From the NCBI GenBank assembly GCA_039818605.1, contig JBCBTQ010000002.1, positions 13,047 to 77,046 of the forward strand: DNA of 64,000 bases, read 5' to 3'. Shown piece by piece: positions 1 through 10,891 of the stretch. The translations under genes and the position numbers were made by a program. The notes beneath the pieces are model-generated. The model saw only the letters and a program-made list of their open reading frames with translations, searched no databases and had not been told where the DNA came from. Source of the DNA: Cyanobacteria bacterium J06639_14 (GTDB lineage: Bacteria; Cyanobacteriota; Cyanobacteriia; Phormidesmidales; Phormidesmidaceae). Numbering within the stretch: the first letter of the stretch is position 1; every line of letters begins with the position of its first letter.

Positions 1-75
1 TCTCGTTCGTCTGAACAGCTGTTCAGGTGGTAATGATTCTCAGTATCATGGAAGTATCCTTGAGCCGATGACCTG

Positions 76-465
76 ATGTCCGACCCTGATTCTGCAAAGC
101 AGTCGATAGCAAACACCGACGCCCCTGTCTGTGAAGCCTCCCTAGTGCATCTGGACAGTGTGCGGCAGGTGCAATCGCAGGTGCTAGAAACGGAGCAGGC
201 GCAGCGGATGGCGGAATTTTTCAGTGCCCTTTCTGACCCCCACCGGCTGAAGCTACTGTCGGCCCTGGCTCAGCAGGCACTGTGTGTCTGTGATTTGGCG
301 GCGGCGGTAAAAATGGGAGAATCGGCGGTATCCCATCAGTTGCGGGTGCTGAGAGCCCAGCGCCTGGTTAAGTATCGCCGTCAAGGGCGTAACGTCTATT
401 ACAGCCTGGCTGACGACCACATCATCACTCTCTACCGCGAGGTCGCCGAGCACCTGAATGAATAG
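76..465 (+). CDS. ArsR/SmtB-family metal-sensing transcriptional repressor
   Basis: 129-aa ORF. Winged-HTH signature LCVCDLAAAV...SHQLRVLR (alpha3 Cys pair plus recognition helix). C-terminal DDHIITLYREVAEHLNE resembles the SmtB alpha5 Zn site (D,H...H,E). Confidence 0.85.
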   Translation: MSDPDSAKQSIANTDAPVCEASLVHLDSVRQVQSQVLETEQAQRMAEFFSALSDPHRLKLLSALAQQALCVCDLAAAVKMGESAVSHQLRVLRAQRLVKYRRQGRNVYYSLADDHIITLYREVAEHLNE

Positions 466-650
466 CGATCGCTTGAGTTAGAGCAATTCATTTCCAGAAC
501 AACGATCCATGACGCTGGCGCAACGCTCCAAACCATGAAAAGAGAGCAACTGCCAGGTGGAATGTCACTAAATTAAGGCTTAACTAATCGAGCAACCTAT
601 CTTCTGATCACCCCAGAACAACAGGCATCAATTGTGACACAACAACAAAG

Positions 651-675
651 CCAGGGTAAGTTACCTTATCCCTGG
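651..675 (-). terminator. Candidate intrinsic terminator downstream of hli
   Basis: Inverted repeat ccagggtaag/cttatccctgg. On the minus strand it is followed by CTTTGTTGTTG. It lies 45 nt past the hli stop. Confidence 0.35.
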
Positions 676-719
676 CCAAATCTAGCTTTCGTGAGTGACA
701 CGATTGATGTCACAGAGCC

Positions 720-863
720 CTACATCAAACCGATTTGAGACAGAATACCCTGCCCGGTCAGAAACTCAGTAGCCACTCCGATTACGAAGCCCAGCATGGC
801 CAGACGACCATTCCAGGTTTCAGCAAAGTCAACGAAGCCGAACTTACTTTCTTGGTTTTCCAT
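720..863 (-). CDS. hli: High-light-inducible protein (HLIP / one-helix CAB-like protein)
   Basis: Hand translation gives 47 aa: MENQESKFGFVDFAETWNGRLAMLGFVIGVATEFLTGQGILSQIGLM. It carries the chlorophyll-binding E..NGR.AM.GF motif of HLIPs. Absent from the ORF track (<60 aa). Confidence 0.85.
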   Translation of the reverse strand: MENQESKFGFVDFAETWNGRLAMLGFVIGVATEFLTGQGILSQIGLM

Positions 864-967
864 GATGAATCCCTCTAGTTGCTAAAAGCGTAAATACTGC
901 AATCAATCTTTATAAATCTTAATGTAAGTTTTCTAGATTGCCCAGTCGTACACACTACATTTTTGAA

Positions 968-1156
968 TTAGACCGCTGCTTCACAGGCCGTTTGGCGACC
1001 TCTGGAGAACGAATTGCCTCCGGTTGAAAATGCTCTGTCCATGGAAATGATGCCCCTCAGCCTGACTCCACGAAAATTTCGTTCTCCGGCTTGATAGCGC
1101 TGCAAAAGTTCTTCGGCTGTCATGGGGCTCAAGCCTCCATTCTTAGGGGTAGACAT
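968..1156 (-). pseudogene. Possible N-terminal remnant of a pentapeptide-repeat protein
   Basis: The 62-aa ORF starts with MTAEELLQRYQAGERNFRGVRLRG, a typical leader of cyanobacterial pentapeptide-repeat proteins. It then loses the repeat pattern and terminates. Confidence 0.3.
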
Positions 1157-1299
1157 TAAAGCAAAGCGGCCAACCCGATCCTCGTTTTAATTTCATAGGA
1201 GAATAGCAAACCCCAACCGATTACAACATCCGCATGGGGGGCATAAAGGATACGCAAAAGCCCCGGCATTCGTCACTGAGGCTTGCTAAGCCTTGAGCA

Positions 1300-2660
<1,361 letters not shown>

Positions 2661-2674
2661 GTCAAGAGCAGTCA

Positions 2675-3103
2675 ATGGGTTGGATGATTTCCTTGACTTT
2701 CAAGATAATCGCTTCTCCCACCGTGACGGATCTGCGTTCATTCTTTCAGGCCATTGGGGAACGTTTTCCCATTTTGCAAAAGCTGTTTGGGGTGGGGTGG
2801 AAAGTGACCCTGACGGAAGTGCTCATCGAAATTCCGTTCCTCATCCTAGAATCATCGTTTCTCATGCGATTTCTGTTTGGCATAACGCTGGGATTGACCC
2901 TCTGGCAATACTTCGTTGTTGCCGCTGCACTCCATCTGCTGATTGAATGTGGGCGTTGGGCCTTTGCACGGTTTGTCAGCAAGTCTGACGACTATCAGTT
3001 TTGGCAGCACGAACTGGAACTGTTACAAATTCTGCGTGGCTGGCTCCATCAGCGCCGAAAGACGTGGCGTAACCTGGGATTGATTGATTCAGAGGAGCAA
3101 TAA
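2675..3103 (+). CDS. Hypothetical membrane protein
   Basis: 142-aa ORF with two or three hydrophobic segments. No recognisable motif. Confidence 0.4.
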   Translation: MGWMISLTFKIIASPTVTDLRSFFQAIGERFPILQKLFGVGWKVTLTEVLIEIPFLILESSFLMRFLFGITLGLTLWQYFVVAAALHLLIECGRWAFARFVSKSDDYQFWQHELELLQILRGWLHQRRKTWRNLGLIDSEEQ

Positions 3104-3447
3104 ATGATTGGTGCAACCTTCCGGTTCTGATTGGGGGTTAGCTGGCTCCGCCCAGAGTCCTTGCATGCGTCCTTGAAGGTGATTAGTCAGTACAAAACCC
3201 CTTAGCAAGAGATTGCCCAGAATGCTTGTAGGAGGGCGATCGCAGTGATAGGTTATCGGCTGGCAGTGGCTCCGCAGGCGGCGTTAGGGCAAGCACCAGA
3301 CCTCCGAGCTTCCAAAACCTTGGAGGTCTAAGGGGAGCGATCGCCCATGGCAGAATAAAGGAACCGATAGAGGACAGCCCTCAACATGGAAATGACCACC
3401 CGACAAGGTATTTTGGGCGATCGCCAACGCCCTTTTGGGAGAACGCC

Positions 3448-3996
3448 ATGACCCTCACCGTTGAAGACCTCAAACGATTCCAGCACCAACATCCTGACTA
3501 CCGCCTCGAACTCGTCGATGGAGCCATCATTGTCATGAGTCCATCTGGTTTTGCATCCGATGAAATCGCCGCTGAGATTGTTGCCCAACTGCGAAACTGG
3601 GTACGACCCCGCAAGCTCGGGCGCGTTACTGCTTCTAGCGCAGGCTTCAAACTGCCAAACGCTGGTGAAGATGTTCGCGCTCCGGATGCCTCCTTTGTCA
3701 AAGCCGAACGCCTCAAACGCACCACCGAAGACTACGCCAACCTCGTCCCCGACCTGATCTTTGAAGTCCGCTCCAAAACCGACGACCTCGATGCTCTGCG
3801 TGCCAAAATCCGACAGTTTCTGGCACTGGGTACCACCGTCGGTGCCCTGGTAGACTATCGTACCCAAACCATCGAAGTCTTGCGCCACCAAACAGATCCC
3901 GTGATTCTCAGCAATGGCGATCGCTTCACCGTCCCTGACCTCCTCCCTGGCTGGGAAATGGAGGTTTCTAGCATCTGGGCACCCGAATTCGACTAA
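3448..3996 (+). CDS. Uma2-family (DUF820) putative restriction-endonuclease-like protein
   Basis: Contains YRLELVDGAIIVMSP...PDASFV...PDLIFEVRSKTD...KIRQFLALGTTVGALVD, the PD-(D/E)xK layout typical of cyanobacterial Uma2 proteins. Confidence 0.8.
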   Translation: MTLTVEDLKRFQHQHPDYRLELVDGAIIVMSPSGFASDEIAAEIVAQLRNWVRPRKLGRVTASSAGFKLPNAGEDVRAPDASFVKAERLKRTTEDYANLVPDLIFEVRSKTDDLDALRAKIRQFLALGTTVGALVDYRTQTIEVLRHQTDPVILSNGDRFTVPDLLPGWEMEVSSIWAPEFD

Positions 3997-4199
3997 TTCT
4001 CGCCACCGTGCTATTAAAGCCACCCTGGGCGACTCCAACGACTTGTCGCCCAGGGTGGCTATCTGTAAGCACAAAGGTTATCATCCGCCGCTCAACAAGG
4101 TTATCCGCCGCCGCTCAACTTAGTCGTTATAGCGATAGATGCGCCAAGGCTACGCAGTTGCAGAGTCAATTATTTCGCTGTAATATCTGAGCAGGTTTT

Positions 4200-4235
4200 C
4201 ATATGTTCAAGCATATGTTCAGTCATATGTTCAAT
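4200..4235 (+). repeat. Three tandem 12-bp repeats (CATATGTTCANN) directly upstream of the ATPase start
   Basis: The units are catatgttcaag, catatgttcagt and catatgttcaat, at 4200-4211, 4212-4223 and 4224-4235. Each holds a CATATG palindrome plus TGTTCA, the half-site found in ArsR/SmtB 12-2-12 operators. Confidence 0.9.
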
Positions 4236-4255
4236 GGTTCTTCGGAGCGGTTCCC

Positions 4256-6196
4256 ATGTCTGCCCCCCATTCCCACGGTCACTGCTGCGGTCACGATCAC
4301 GGACATAGCCATGATCACGGTTCAGAAGCGTTTGACCTGCGCCGAGAGCTAACACCGATCACGATTTCGGCGGTACTTTTCCTGGTCGGCTTCATTTTCA
4401 ATCAGCCCCTGCACAACACCCCCTTCGCCATCGCCGAATACGCCGTCCTGATTCCCGCGTATCTCATCAGCGGCTGGACGGTGTTGACCACGGCTGGCCG
4501 CAACATTCTGCGGGGGCGCATCTTTGACGAGAATTTCTTGATGACGATCGCTACCCTGGGGGCGATCGCGATTCAGGAACTCCCGGAAGCCGTTGGGGTA
4601 ATGCTGTTCTTCCAGATTGGTGAGCTGTTCCAGGGCTATGCCGTGGGGCGATCGCGCCGCTCCATTAAGGCGCTGCTGGCGGTACGCCCTGATACGGCCA
4701 ATCTGCAAGTGAACGGTGAGGTCAAAACCGTTTCACCTGAGTCCGTCAGCGTTGGCGACACCATTTTGGTGCGTCCCGGCGAAAAGGTACCTCTGGACGG
4801 TGAAGTTGTGTCAGGTCGGTCCCTGGTGGATACATCGGCGCTGACCGGGGAGTCCGTGCCGCGATCGGTTGATGTCGGAGAATCGGTACTCGCGGGCATG
4901 ATCAACCAGTCGGGTGGGCTAACGGTGCGGGTCACCAAGCCCTTCAGCGAATCTTCGATCGCCAAAATTCTAGAACTGGTGGAAAATGCCAGCAGCCAGA
5001 AGGCCGACACCGAAAAATTCATTACCCGCTTTGCTCGCTACTACACCCCAGTCGTCGTCTTGCTGTCTCTAGCGGTGGCAATTGTACCGCCGCTATTGCT
5101 AGCAGGGTCAACCCAGGCCGAGTGGACCTATCGAGCGCTCGTGCTCTTGGTGATTTCCTGCCCTTGCGGTCTGGTGATCAGCATTCCGTTGGGCTACTTT
5201 GGCGGCGTCGGCGGTGCCGCTCGGCGTGGCATTCTCGTCAAAGGGTCCGTGTTTCTGGATGCCCTGACCCAGGTCAAAACCGTTGTTTTTGATAAAACCG
5301 GCACCCTCACCCAGGGCAACTTTCAGGTGTCGGAAGTCGTCACCCATAACGGTCTGAGTCAGGCGCAACTGCTAGAACTGGCCGCCCATGCCGGATCTCA
5401 GTCCAACCATCCAGTGGCCCAGTCGATTCGGCAAGCCTATGGACAGGCGGTCAACCCCGCTGCCATAGAGGCTTACGAAGAAATCTCCGGCCACGGTATT
5501 CGAGCCAGGGTGAAGGGGCGCACCGTTCTCACCGGCAATGATCGGCTCCTGCATCGAGAAGCGATTCCCCATGATGTTTGCGTGGTCGATGGTACCGTGG
5601 CTCACCTGGCCGTGGATGGTGAATATAGCGGACGCATCCTGATTGCAGATGAACTCAAGGAAGATGCGGCGGACGCGATTCGCCTGCTGCACCAGCAGGG
5701 CATTCAAACGGCGATGCTGACGGGTGATAGTCAATCGGTGGCCGATCGCATCGCCCAAACCCTCAGGCTTGACCAGTACCGTGCAGACCTGCTGCCGGAA
5801 GGTAAAGTCGAGGCGCTGGAGGCGTTTTTGCAACAGGCCAGCCGCACCCAAAGCAAAGTGGCCTATGTGGGTGATGGTATCAACGACGCTCCCGTGATTG
5901 CCCGAGCCGATGTGGGCATCGCGATGGGAGGGCTCGGTTCTGATGCCGCCATCGAAACGGCTGATGTGGTGATCATGACTGATGCTCCCACCAAGGTGGT
6001 TGAGGCGATTGCGATCGCCCACCGCACCCGTCGTATCGTGTGGCAAAACATCATTTTGGCAATGGCGGTCAAAGGCATCTTTATTGCCCTCGGCGCGATC
6101 GGCATTGTCACACTTTGGGAAGCGGTGTTTGCCGATGTGGGGGTCGCCCTGTTAGCCATTCTCAACGCCAGTCGAATTTTACTCGACAGAAAATAA
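4256..6196 (+). CDS. P1B-type heavy-metal-translocating ATPase (Zn/Cd/Pb-type by motif), His-rich N-terminus
   Basis: N-terminal HSHGHCCGHDHGHSHDHG. TM6 motif SCPCGLVIS (CPC). DKTGTLT phosphorylation site, SNHP motif, GDGINDAP hinge, and C-terminal ADVG...N..R. Confidence 0.9.
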   Translation: MSAPHSHGHCCGHDHGHSHDHGSEAFDLRRELTPITISAVLFLVGFIFNQPLHNTPFAIAEYAVLIPAYLISGWTVLTTAGRNILRGRIFDENFLMTIATLGAIAIQELPEAVGVMLFFQIGELFQGYAVGRSRRSIKALLAVRPDTANLQVNGEVKTVSPESVSVGDTILVRPGEKVPLDGEVVSGRSLVDTSALTGESVPRSVDVGESVLAGMINQSGGLTVRVTKPFSESSIAKILELVENASSQKADTEKFITRFARYYTPVVVLLSLAVAIVPPLLLAGSTQAEWTYRALVLLVISCPCGLVISIPLGYFGGVGGAARRGILVKGSVFLDALTQVKTVVFDKTGTLTQGNFQVSEVVTHNGLSQAQLLELAAHAGSQSNHPVAQSIRQAYGQAVNPAAIEAYEEISGHGIRARVKGRTVLTGNDRLLHREAIPHDVCVVDGTVAHLAVDGEYSGRILIADELKEDAADAIRLLHQQGIQTAMLTGDSQSVADRIAQTLRLDQYRADLLPEGKVEALEAFLQQASRTQSKVAYVGDGINDAPVIARADVGIAMGGLGSDAAIETADVVIMTDAPTKVVEAIAIAHRTRRIVWQNIILAMAVKGIFIALGAIGIVTLWEAVFADVGVALLAILNASRILLDRK

Positions 6197-6348
6197 CCAC
6201 CAGCGCCAAGGTTTGAAGCTTGAGATGCCTCAGACGCTCACTCAACCCGCCACACCGAACTACAAAATTACGACCAGCGGTGAATGAGCACTTCCGTCCT
6301 GCACACCAGAATTGACCGTGTCGATGATTCAAGCCATTAAAAACACGG

Positions 6349-7422
6349 TTAAAAATCATCCCATCCTTCCAGGCTGGAGGACATGACGTAGCTGGTGACG
6401 CTAGCTTCAAAGAAATTGGCCTTCGTGTTGGCCTCCTTTTTAGTGTCCGAGAACCGCTCCAGGTGGCTATAGGGGCTCTTGCGATATTTCGACTCGGTGT
6501 AGATGGGGTCTAGCCCGATCGCCCGCAGCCGCTGGTTGGCCAGGTATTTGGTGTATTGCTCGGTGCTGGCCGGGGTAATGCCCAAAATGTCGTCGCCGAT
6601 GATGTGATTGGCCCAGGTGCATTCGTGGTCTACGGCCTGGGCAAACATGGCGTAGATCTGGTCGCGGCTGTGGGGGAATATCGCCATCGCCTCGGGCAGC
6701 AGCTTTTGGTAAAGACGCACATGGGACAGCTCATCCCGGTTGATCATGCGAAAAATGTCGGCACTGCCTGCCATCAACATGCGGGAGGCCAGGTTATAGA
6801 AGAAGATGAACCCGTTGTAGAAGTACAGGCTTTCCAGCAGGTAGTCGGCCAGGAGCGAAATGAAGTAGTTCTCCGCGGTGGGGCGATCGACGTATTGCTG
6901 GTAGAGCCCGGCGATGAACTCACAGCGCTGCTTCAGTACCGCATCGTTGCGCCAGAACTCGTAAACAGCAGTGCGGCGATCGCTGGGAATTACCGTTTCG
7001 ATAATGTACTGGTAAGACTGGTTGTGCATGGCCTCCTGGGAGATTTGCTCCGCTAGGCACAGGGAGACTTCCGGTGCGGTGACACAGTTTTTGATGTGGG
7101 GCACATTGCAGGTTTGCACCGAATCCAAAAAGGTCAGGTAGCTGAGAATGCCGTCGAAAGCGCGGCGCTCGGCAGCGGTGAGATTGGCGTAGTCGGTAAC
7201 ATCCTGGGTGATGTCGATTTTTTCGGGAACCCAGAAGTTTTCGCGCATCTGGCGATAGAGGCCGACGGCCCAGCCATAGCGCACATCGTTGAGCTGCATC
7301 AGGTTAGTGGTTTCCCCAAACCAGATAGTACGATCGCCCGTGGCGTCATTGCCATCGGGATTGAACACGGGGTTAGTGGGCATGGGGGAAGCAGCAGCAG
7401 CATGGGAAAAAGCAGCGACCAT
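6349..7422 (-). CDS. nrdB: Class I ribonucleotide reductase beta subunit
   Basis: 357 aa. Di-iron/tyrosyl ferritin-like motifs (FLDSVQT..., EAMHNQSYQYI, RDELSHV). Lies immediately downstream of nrdA on the same strand. Confidence 0.9.
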   Translation of the reverse strand: MVAAFSHAAAASPMPTNPVFNPDGNDATGDRTIWFGETTNLMQLNDVRYGWAVGLYRQMRENFWVPEKIDITQDVTDYANLTAAERRAFDGILSYLTFLDSVQTCNVPHIKNCVTAPEVSLCLAEQISQEAMHNQSYQYIIETVIPSDRRTAVYEFWRNDAVLKQRCEFIAGLYQQYVDRPTAENYFISLLADYLLESLYFYNGFIFFYNLASRMLMAGSADIFRMINRDELSHVRLYQKLLPEAMAIFPHSRDQIYAMFAQAVDHECTWANHIIGDDILGITPASTEQYTKYLANQRLRAIGLDPIYTESKYRKSPYSHLERFSDTKKEANTKANFFEASVTSYVMSSSLEGWDDF

Positions 7423-7507
7423 AGGGGTGTCCTTAAAATAATTGAAGGGTTAAAAAATTGGATAGGGGCGCAGTCCCTGCGCCCTCTCGAAGTGGGTATC
7501 TACGCCA

Positions 7508-9778
7508 TCAATTCGCACAGGCGACACAGCCGTCATGACCCTCTTTAAAGCTGTCTTTTTGCACCGTGCGAACGTAGTAGACCGCTTTACACCCCAGTTC
7601 CCAGGCGAGTACCAGAGTCTCAAAGATGTCCTTCGCGGTGAGACAGCGCTCGGGTTCGTCGAGGTAGTAGATCCCAGCATTCAGGTTAAACAGGAGTTCC
7701 ATCGAAATGCCGGTATCAATCCACTGCTGCATCGTGGCGATCGCCTGAATCACTACCCGCTGGTCGAGGGTTTTATTTTCGGCATAAAACCACAGATGGT
7801 CACGGATGTAGGGCGGTGCAATGGGCACCGAACCCCTAGCCCATTTTTCGTAGAAGAACTTGCTGTACACCGGCAGTACGCTAGCGCTGCAGCCCTGCAC
7901 CAGGGAGGATGAGGTGTTGGGGGCGATCGCCGTAATGTGAGAATTGCGAATGCCGTACTGCCGGATATCCCGCGACAACTGTACCCATCGCTGGGGCTCG
8001 CGGGCATGTTGTTCAAACCACTCCACCGGCTTAGCCCCGACCAGGTGCCCTTTGCTCCACTCGCTCCCCTCAAAGGCGGGATAGGCCCCTCGCCCTTTTG
8101 CCAGTTCCATCGACGCGGCGGTGCAGTAGTAGCCGATATCCTCAAACAGGTCGCTGATGGCCTGCCGATCTTTGTAGGAACAGTGCCGTTTCGCCAGCCA
8201 GTCGGCCAGACCCATGCAGCCCACCCCAATAGTGCGGTACTTAGCATTATGGGTGGCGCTGGCGGCAAAGGGCGGGGTAGTCAGGTCAATGGTGTTGTCT
8301 AAGATGCGCACAGCGGTAGCGCAAACGTCGGCCCGTTCGTCATCCTCCAGATTGGCCAGGTTGAGGCTGACCAGGTTGCAGGTGTGGGCTTCTGCCCCCG
8401 GCTTGACGTTCGACCAGCTTTCCTGACAGAGGTTGCCGCCGGGAATGTAGCCTGCATGGGGGTTGGGGTTGGCCCGATTAGCGGTGTCTTTGAACCACAG
8501 GTAGGGCATCCCCGTTTCCAACTGAGCCCGCATAATCTGTTTGAACAGCGATCGCGCATTGACCCGTTTGTACAGGGTGAGGGTGTCCTCCAGAGCCGCT
8601 TCGATCTGCTGGTAGGCTCGGTCAAAGGCTTCACCCCACAGTTCCGCCAGCTCAATTCCTAGTCGGGTCCGCACTTCGTAAGGGTCAACCAAGGTCCAGT
8701 CCTGGTTTTGCTGCACCCGTTTCATAAACTCGTCGCTGACTACCAGTTGGGGAAACACATCATAGGCTTTGCGGCGCTGGTCGCCATTTTCCGTTTGCAT
8801 TTCCAGAAATTCGGGCAGGTCCAGGTGCCAGATGTCCAGGCTAACGGTGATAGCTCCGGCCCGGCGTCCCCCCTGGTTCACCGCGATCGCCGTATCGTTC
8901 AGCAGCTTTACCCAGGGCACCACCCCGCCCGAGGCATTGGGCTTGCCCATCACCCAACTGCCCGTCGCCCGAATGCGGGAGAGGTTCACCCCGACGCCAC
9001 CGCCATTCTTGGAAATTCGAGCCGCATCGTGAATGCCGTCAAAAATGCTTTCCAGGTTGTCATCCATTGCCGTAATGAAACAGCTGGCCAACGATCCGCC
9101 AGGAACCCTCAAGTTAGCCAGAATCGGTGTAGCCAGGGAGATTTTGCGTCGGGCAATGGCTTCATAAAACCGTCTGGCCTGAACCAGGCGCTCCTCGGGC
9201 GCTTCCCCAGAGGCCAGCAGCAGGGCACAGGTGAGAAAGGCTTCCTGGGGCAGCTCATTCGGCAGCAAATACCGCTGCGTTAGCAGTACCGCCCCGGCAT
9301 AGTCATAGTCGGCATCCCAGTCGGGGTTAATCCAGCGATTAGCTTCTTCCAGCTCTGCGGCAGAATAGAGCGATAGACGAGAATCGTATTCCCCTTCCAA
9401 CACCTTGGCCTGCACGGCGCGGCCATAACCGCCGTACTGGTATCCCCGCTGCACCCGAATATCTTTCCACAAACTCCAGATATGCAACCGACCGGCCACA
9501 TAGCGCCAGTCGGGGGCTTCAGGGCTGCATAGTTCCAGGGCACAGCTGATCAAATTTTCCTGGATTTCGCGGGTGGTAATGCCGGGGCGCAGGCGAGTCT
9601 TCAGACTGGCCTCCAGTTCGATGGCGTTTGCGGCCAGATCGCGGCAGGCCCAGTCCACCACGGTGCGAATTTTCCCGATATTCAGGGGAGCCGCAGACCC
9701 ATCCCGGCGAATGACTTGAATAGAGGCGGTTTCGGCAGCAGCCCTCGCTACAGGGCGAGATTGAGAAGAGAGTGGCAT
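7508..9778 (-). CDS. nrdA: Class I ribonucleotide reductase alpha subunit
   Basis: ATP-cone-like N-terminus (IQVIRRDGSAAPLNIGKI), catalytic region (NLCQE, SSSLVQGCSAS), C-terminal GCVACAN pair. Start set to the ATG at 9778 (MPLSSQ...) inside track ORF 7508..9856. Confidence 0.9.
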   Translation of the reverse strand: MPLSSQSRPVARAAAETASIQVIRRDGSAAPLNIGKIRTVVDWACRDLAANAIELEASLKTRLRPGITTREIQENLISCALELCSPEAPDWRYVAGRLHIWSLWKDIRVQRGYQYGGYGRAVQAKVLEGEYDSRLSLYSAAELEEANRWINPDWDADYDYAGAVLLTQRYLLPNELPQEAFLTCALLLASGEAPEERLVQARRFYEAIARRKISLATPILANLRVPGGSLASCFITAMDDNLESIFDGIHDAARISKNGGGVGVNLSRIRATGSWVMGKPNASGGVVPWVKLLNDTAIAVNQGGRRAGAITVSLDIWHLDLPEFLEMQTENGDQRRKAYDVFPQLVVSDEFMKRVQQNQDWTLVDPYEVRTRLGIELAELWGEAFDRAYQQIEAALEDTLTLYKRVNARSLFKQIMRAQLETGMPYLWFKDTANRANPNPHAGYIPGGNLCQESWSNVKPGAEAHTCNLVSLNLANLEDDERADVCATAVRILDNTIDLTTPPFAASATHNAKYRTIGVGCMGLADWLAKRHCSYKDRQAISDLFEDIGYYCTAASMELAKGRGAYPAFEGSEWSKGHLVGAKPVEWFEQHAREPQRWVQLSRDIRQYGIRNSHITAIAPNTSSSLVQGCSASVLPVYSKFFYEKWARGSVPIAPPYIRDHLWFYAENKTLDQRVVIQAIATMQQWIDTGISMELLFNLNAGIYYLDEPERCLTAKDIFETLVLAWELGCKAVYYVRTVQKDSFKEGHDGCVACAN

Positions 9779-10347
9779 AGTTATTGCAGAAAGAAACAGC
9801 AACGAGCAGGAAGGGCAGCGATCTCCCCTCAGCGATAAACGTTCCTGGAAGATCACGGCTCTCCGTGACGCTTTCCCAGGTGATAAAAAATTGATTGAAT
9901 GCCCAGGCAGCCCTCAGGCCGACCCCTGGTTCATAAACGAGCGGGTCGTGCGACATACCAAATCAGCCCGACCAACTGGAGAGCCTGCCCAGCCTCAATC
10001 TGCTGCCGCGATCCGGTGACGCTCCCCAAGCTACCGCCCGCACCGCTACAGATAGTATCCGTAACGTTATGACAGCACCATAAATATTTCAATAAGTACA
10101 AATACTCATCTCTAATTGGAGGCGTCCGGCATCGTTCAAAGCTTTATGGTTCTGAGAGCTGGATCCCTTTCCTGTCAGCCAACTCCATCCGCAGGTGGTT
10201 GGGTGTGAGGACTTTTGCCGAAGCAGTATGGCTGCCATCGCGGAAATCTATTGCCCCTATTGAGTCAAAACTTAGTTGATCGCGCTTCATTGCCTTGCGT
10301 TAATTTTCTGGCTCAATTCCCCTCAAGTCATGCTAGATTCCAAACTA

Positions 10348-10530
10348 CATCGGTTCCAGAGGGGAGCAGCCTCTGGAGGAAATGGGGAAAGTGCAGTGCA
10401 AATCTGCCGCTGTCCCGCAGCTGTAAGCCGATTTTGGGGTTTAGATTTTGGATTTTAGATTCGAGCGCAACTCAATCGCAAATCTAAAATCGGTAATCCA
10501 AAATTGAGTAAGTCAGAATGCCCGCCGATG
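10348..10530 (+). promoter_or_regulatory. Cobalamin (B12) riboswitch aptamer
   Basis: P1 pairing catcgg (10348-53) with ccgatg (10525-30). Conserved core GGGGAAagtgcaGTGCAAATCTGCCGCTGTCCCGCAGCTGTAAGC (10383-10428). B12 box AGTCAGAATGCCCGCC (10511-26). Located 5' of metE, a classic B12-riboswitch target. Confidence 0.8.
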
Positions 10531-10891
10531 ACTGTTCATGTTCTTCAACATCTGCGAGGTACGGATGATGACTGTTTTTGCTTTTTATCGATCGCGAAGG
10601 TGTCGTTTTAGGAGTCTCCCCACGCAGCTCCAATGATTGAGGGCGGCGGTGACTCAGGCGTTACTACCGAATCATTAATTGCCATCGCGTGCCCCAGATT
10701 GCCGCTAGCGGTGCCGTTTTGTGACGGCGCTGTAATGTCCGGTATTCCCCAGCTCTGGTGAGCGATCGCACGCCTACTTGGTTGCTGAAGCCTCATCCGG
10801 CGCGGCATTTTGCTGTGCTGATGAGTCACTTTCCCAAGCCAGCAGCCTTCTGCCTTCAGAACACAACTCATCATTTCAGGACGACACATTT

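Noticed and set aside
4170-4355. 61-aa minus-strand ORF with MTEHMLEHM repeats
   Set aside because: The repeating peptide is just the translation of the 12-bp tandem DNA repeat upstream of the ATPase. The ORF also overlaps the ATPase start on the opposite strand.
10040-10100. Candidate NrdR boxes upstream of nrdA (ACAGATAGTATCCGT and CACCATAAATATTTCA)
   Set aside because: The palindromicity is partial. Neither the length nor the spacing clearly fits the 16-bp tandem NrdR-box model. This is left as unproven.
10431-10510. Repetitive gattttag/ctaaaatc units that at first glance look like a minisatellite or mini-CRISPR
   Set aside because: It is one imperfect inverted repeat lying between the conserved B12-riboswitch core and the B12 box. 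It is best explained as a peripheral hairpin of the riboswitch. There is no repeat-spacer periodicity.
10690-10790. Second B12-riboswitch-like stretch (ggtgccgttttgtgacggcgctgtaatg) in the metE leader, or a tandem SAM riboswitch
   Set aside because: Only a loose resemblance to GGTG...CTGTAA was seen. It lacks the CCCGC element, a B12 box and an identifiable P1. I could not support it without a covariance-model scan.
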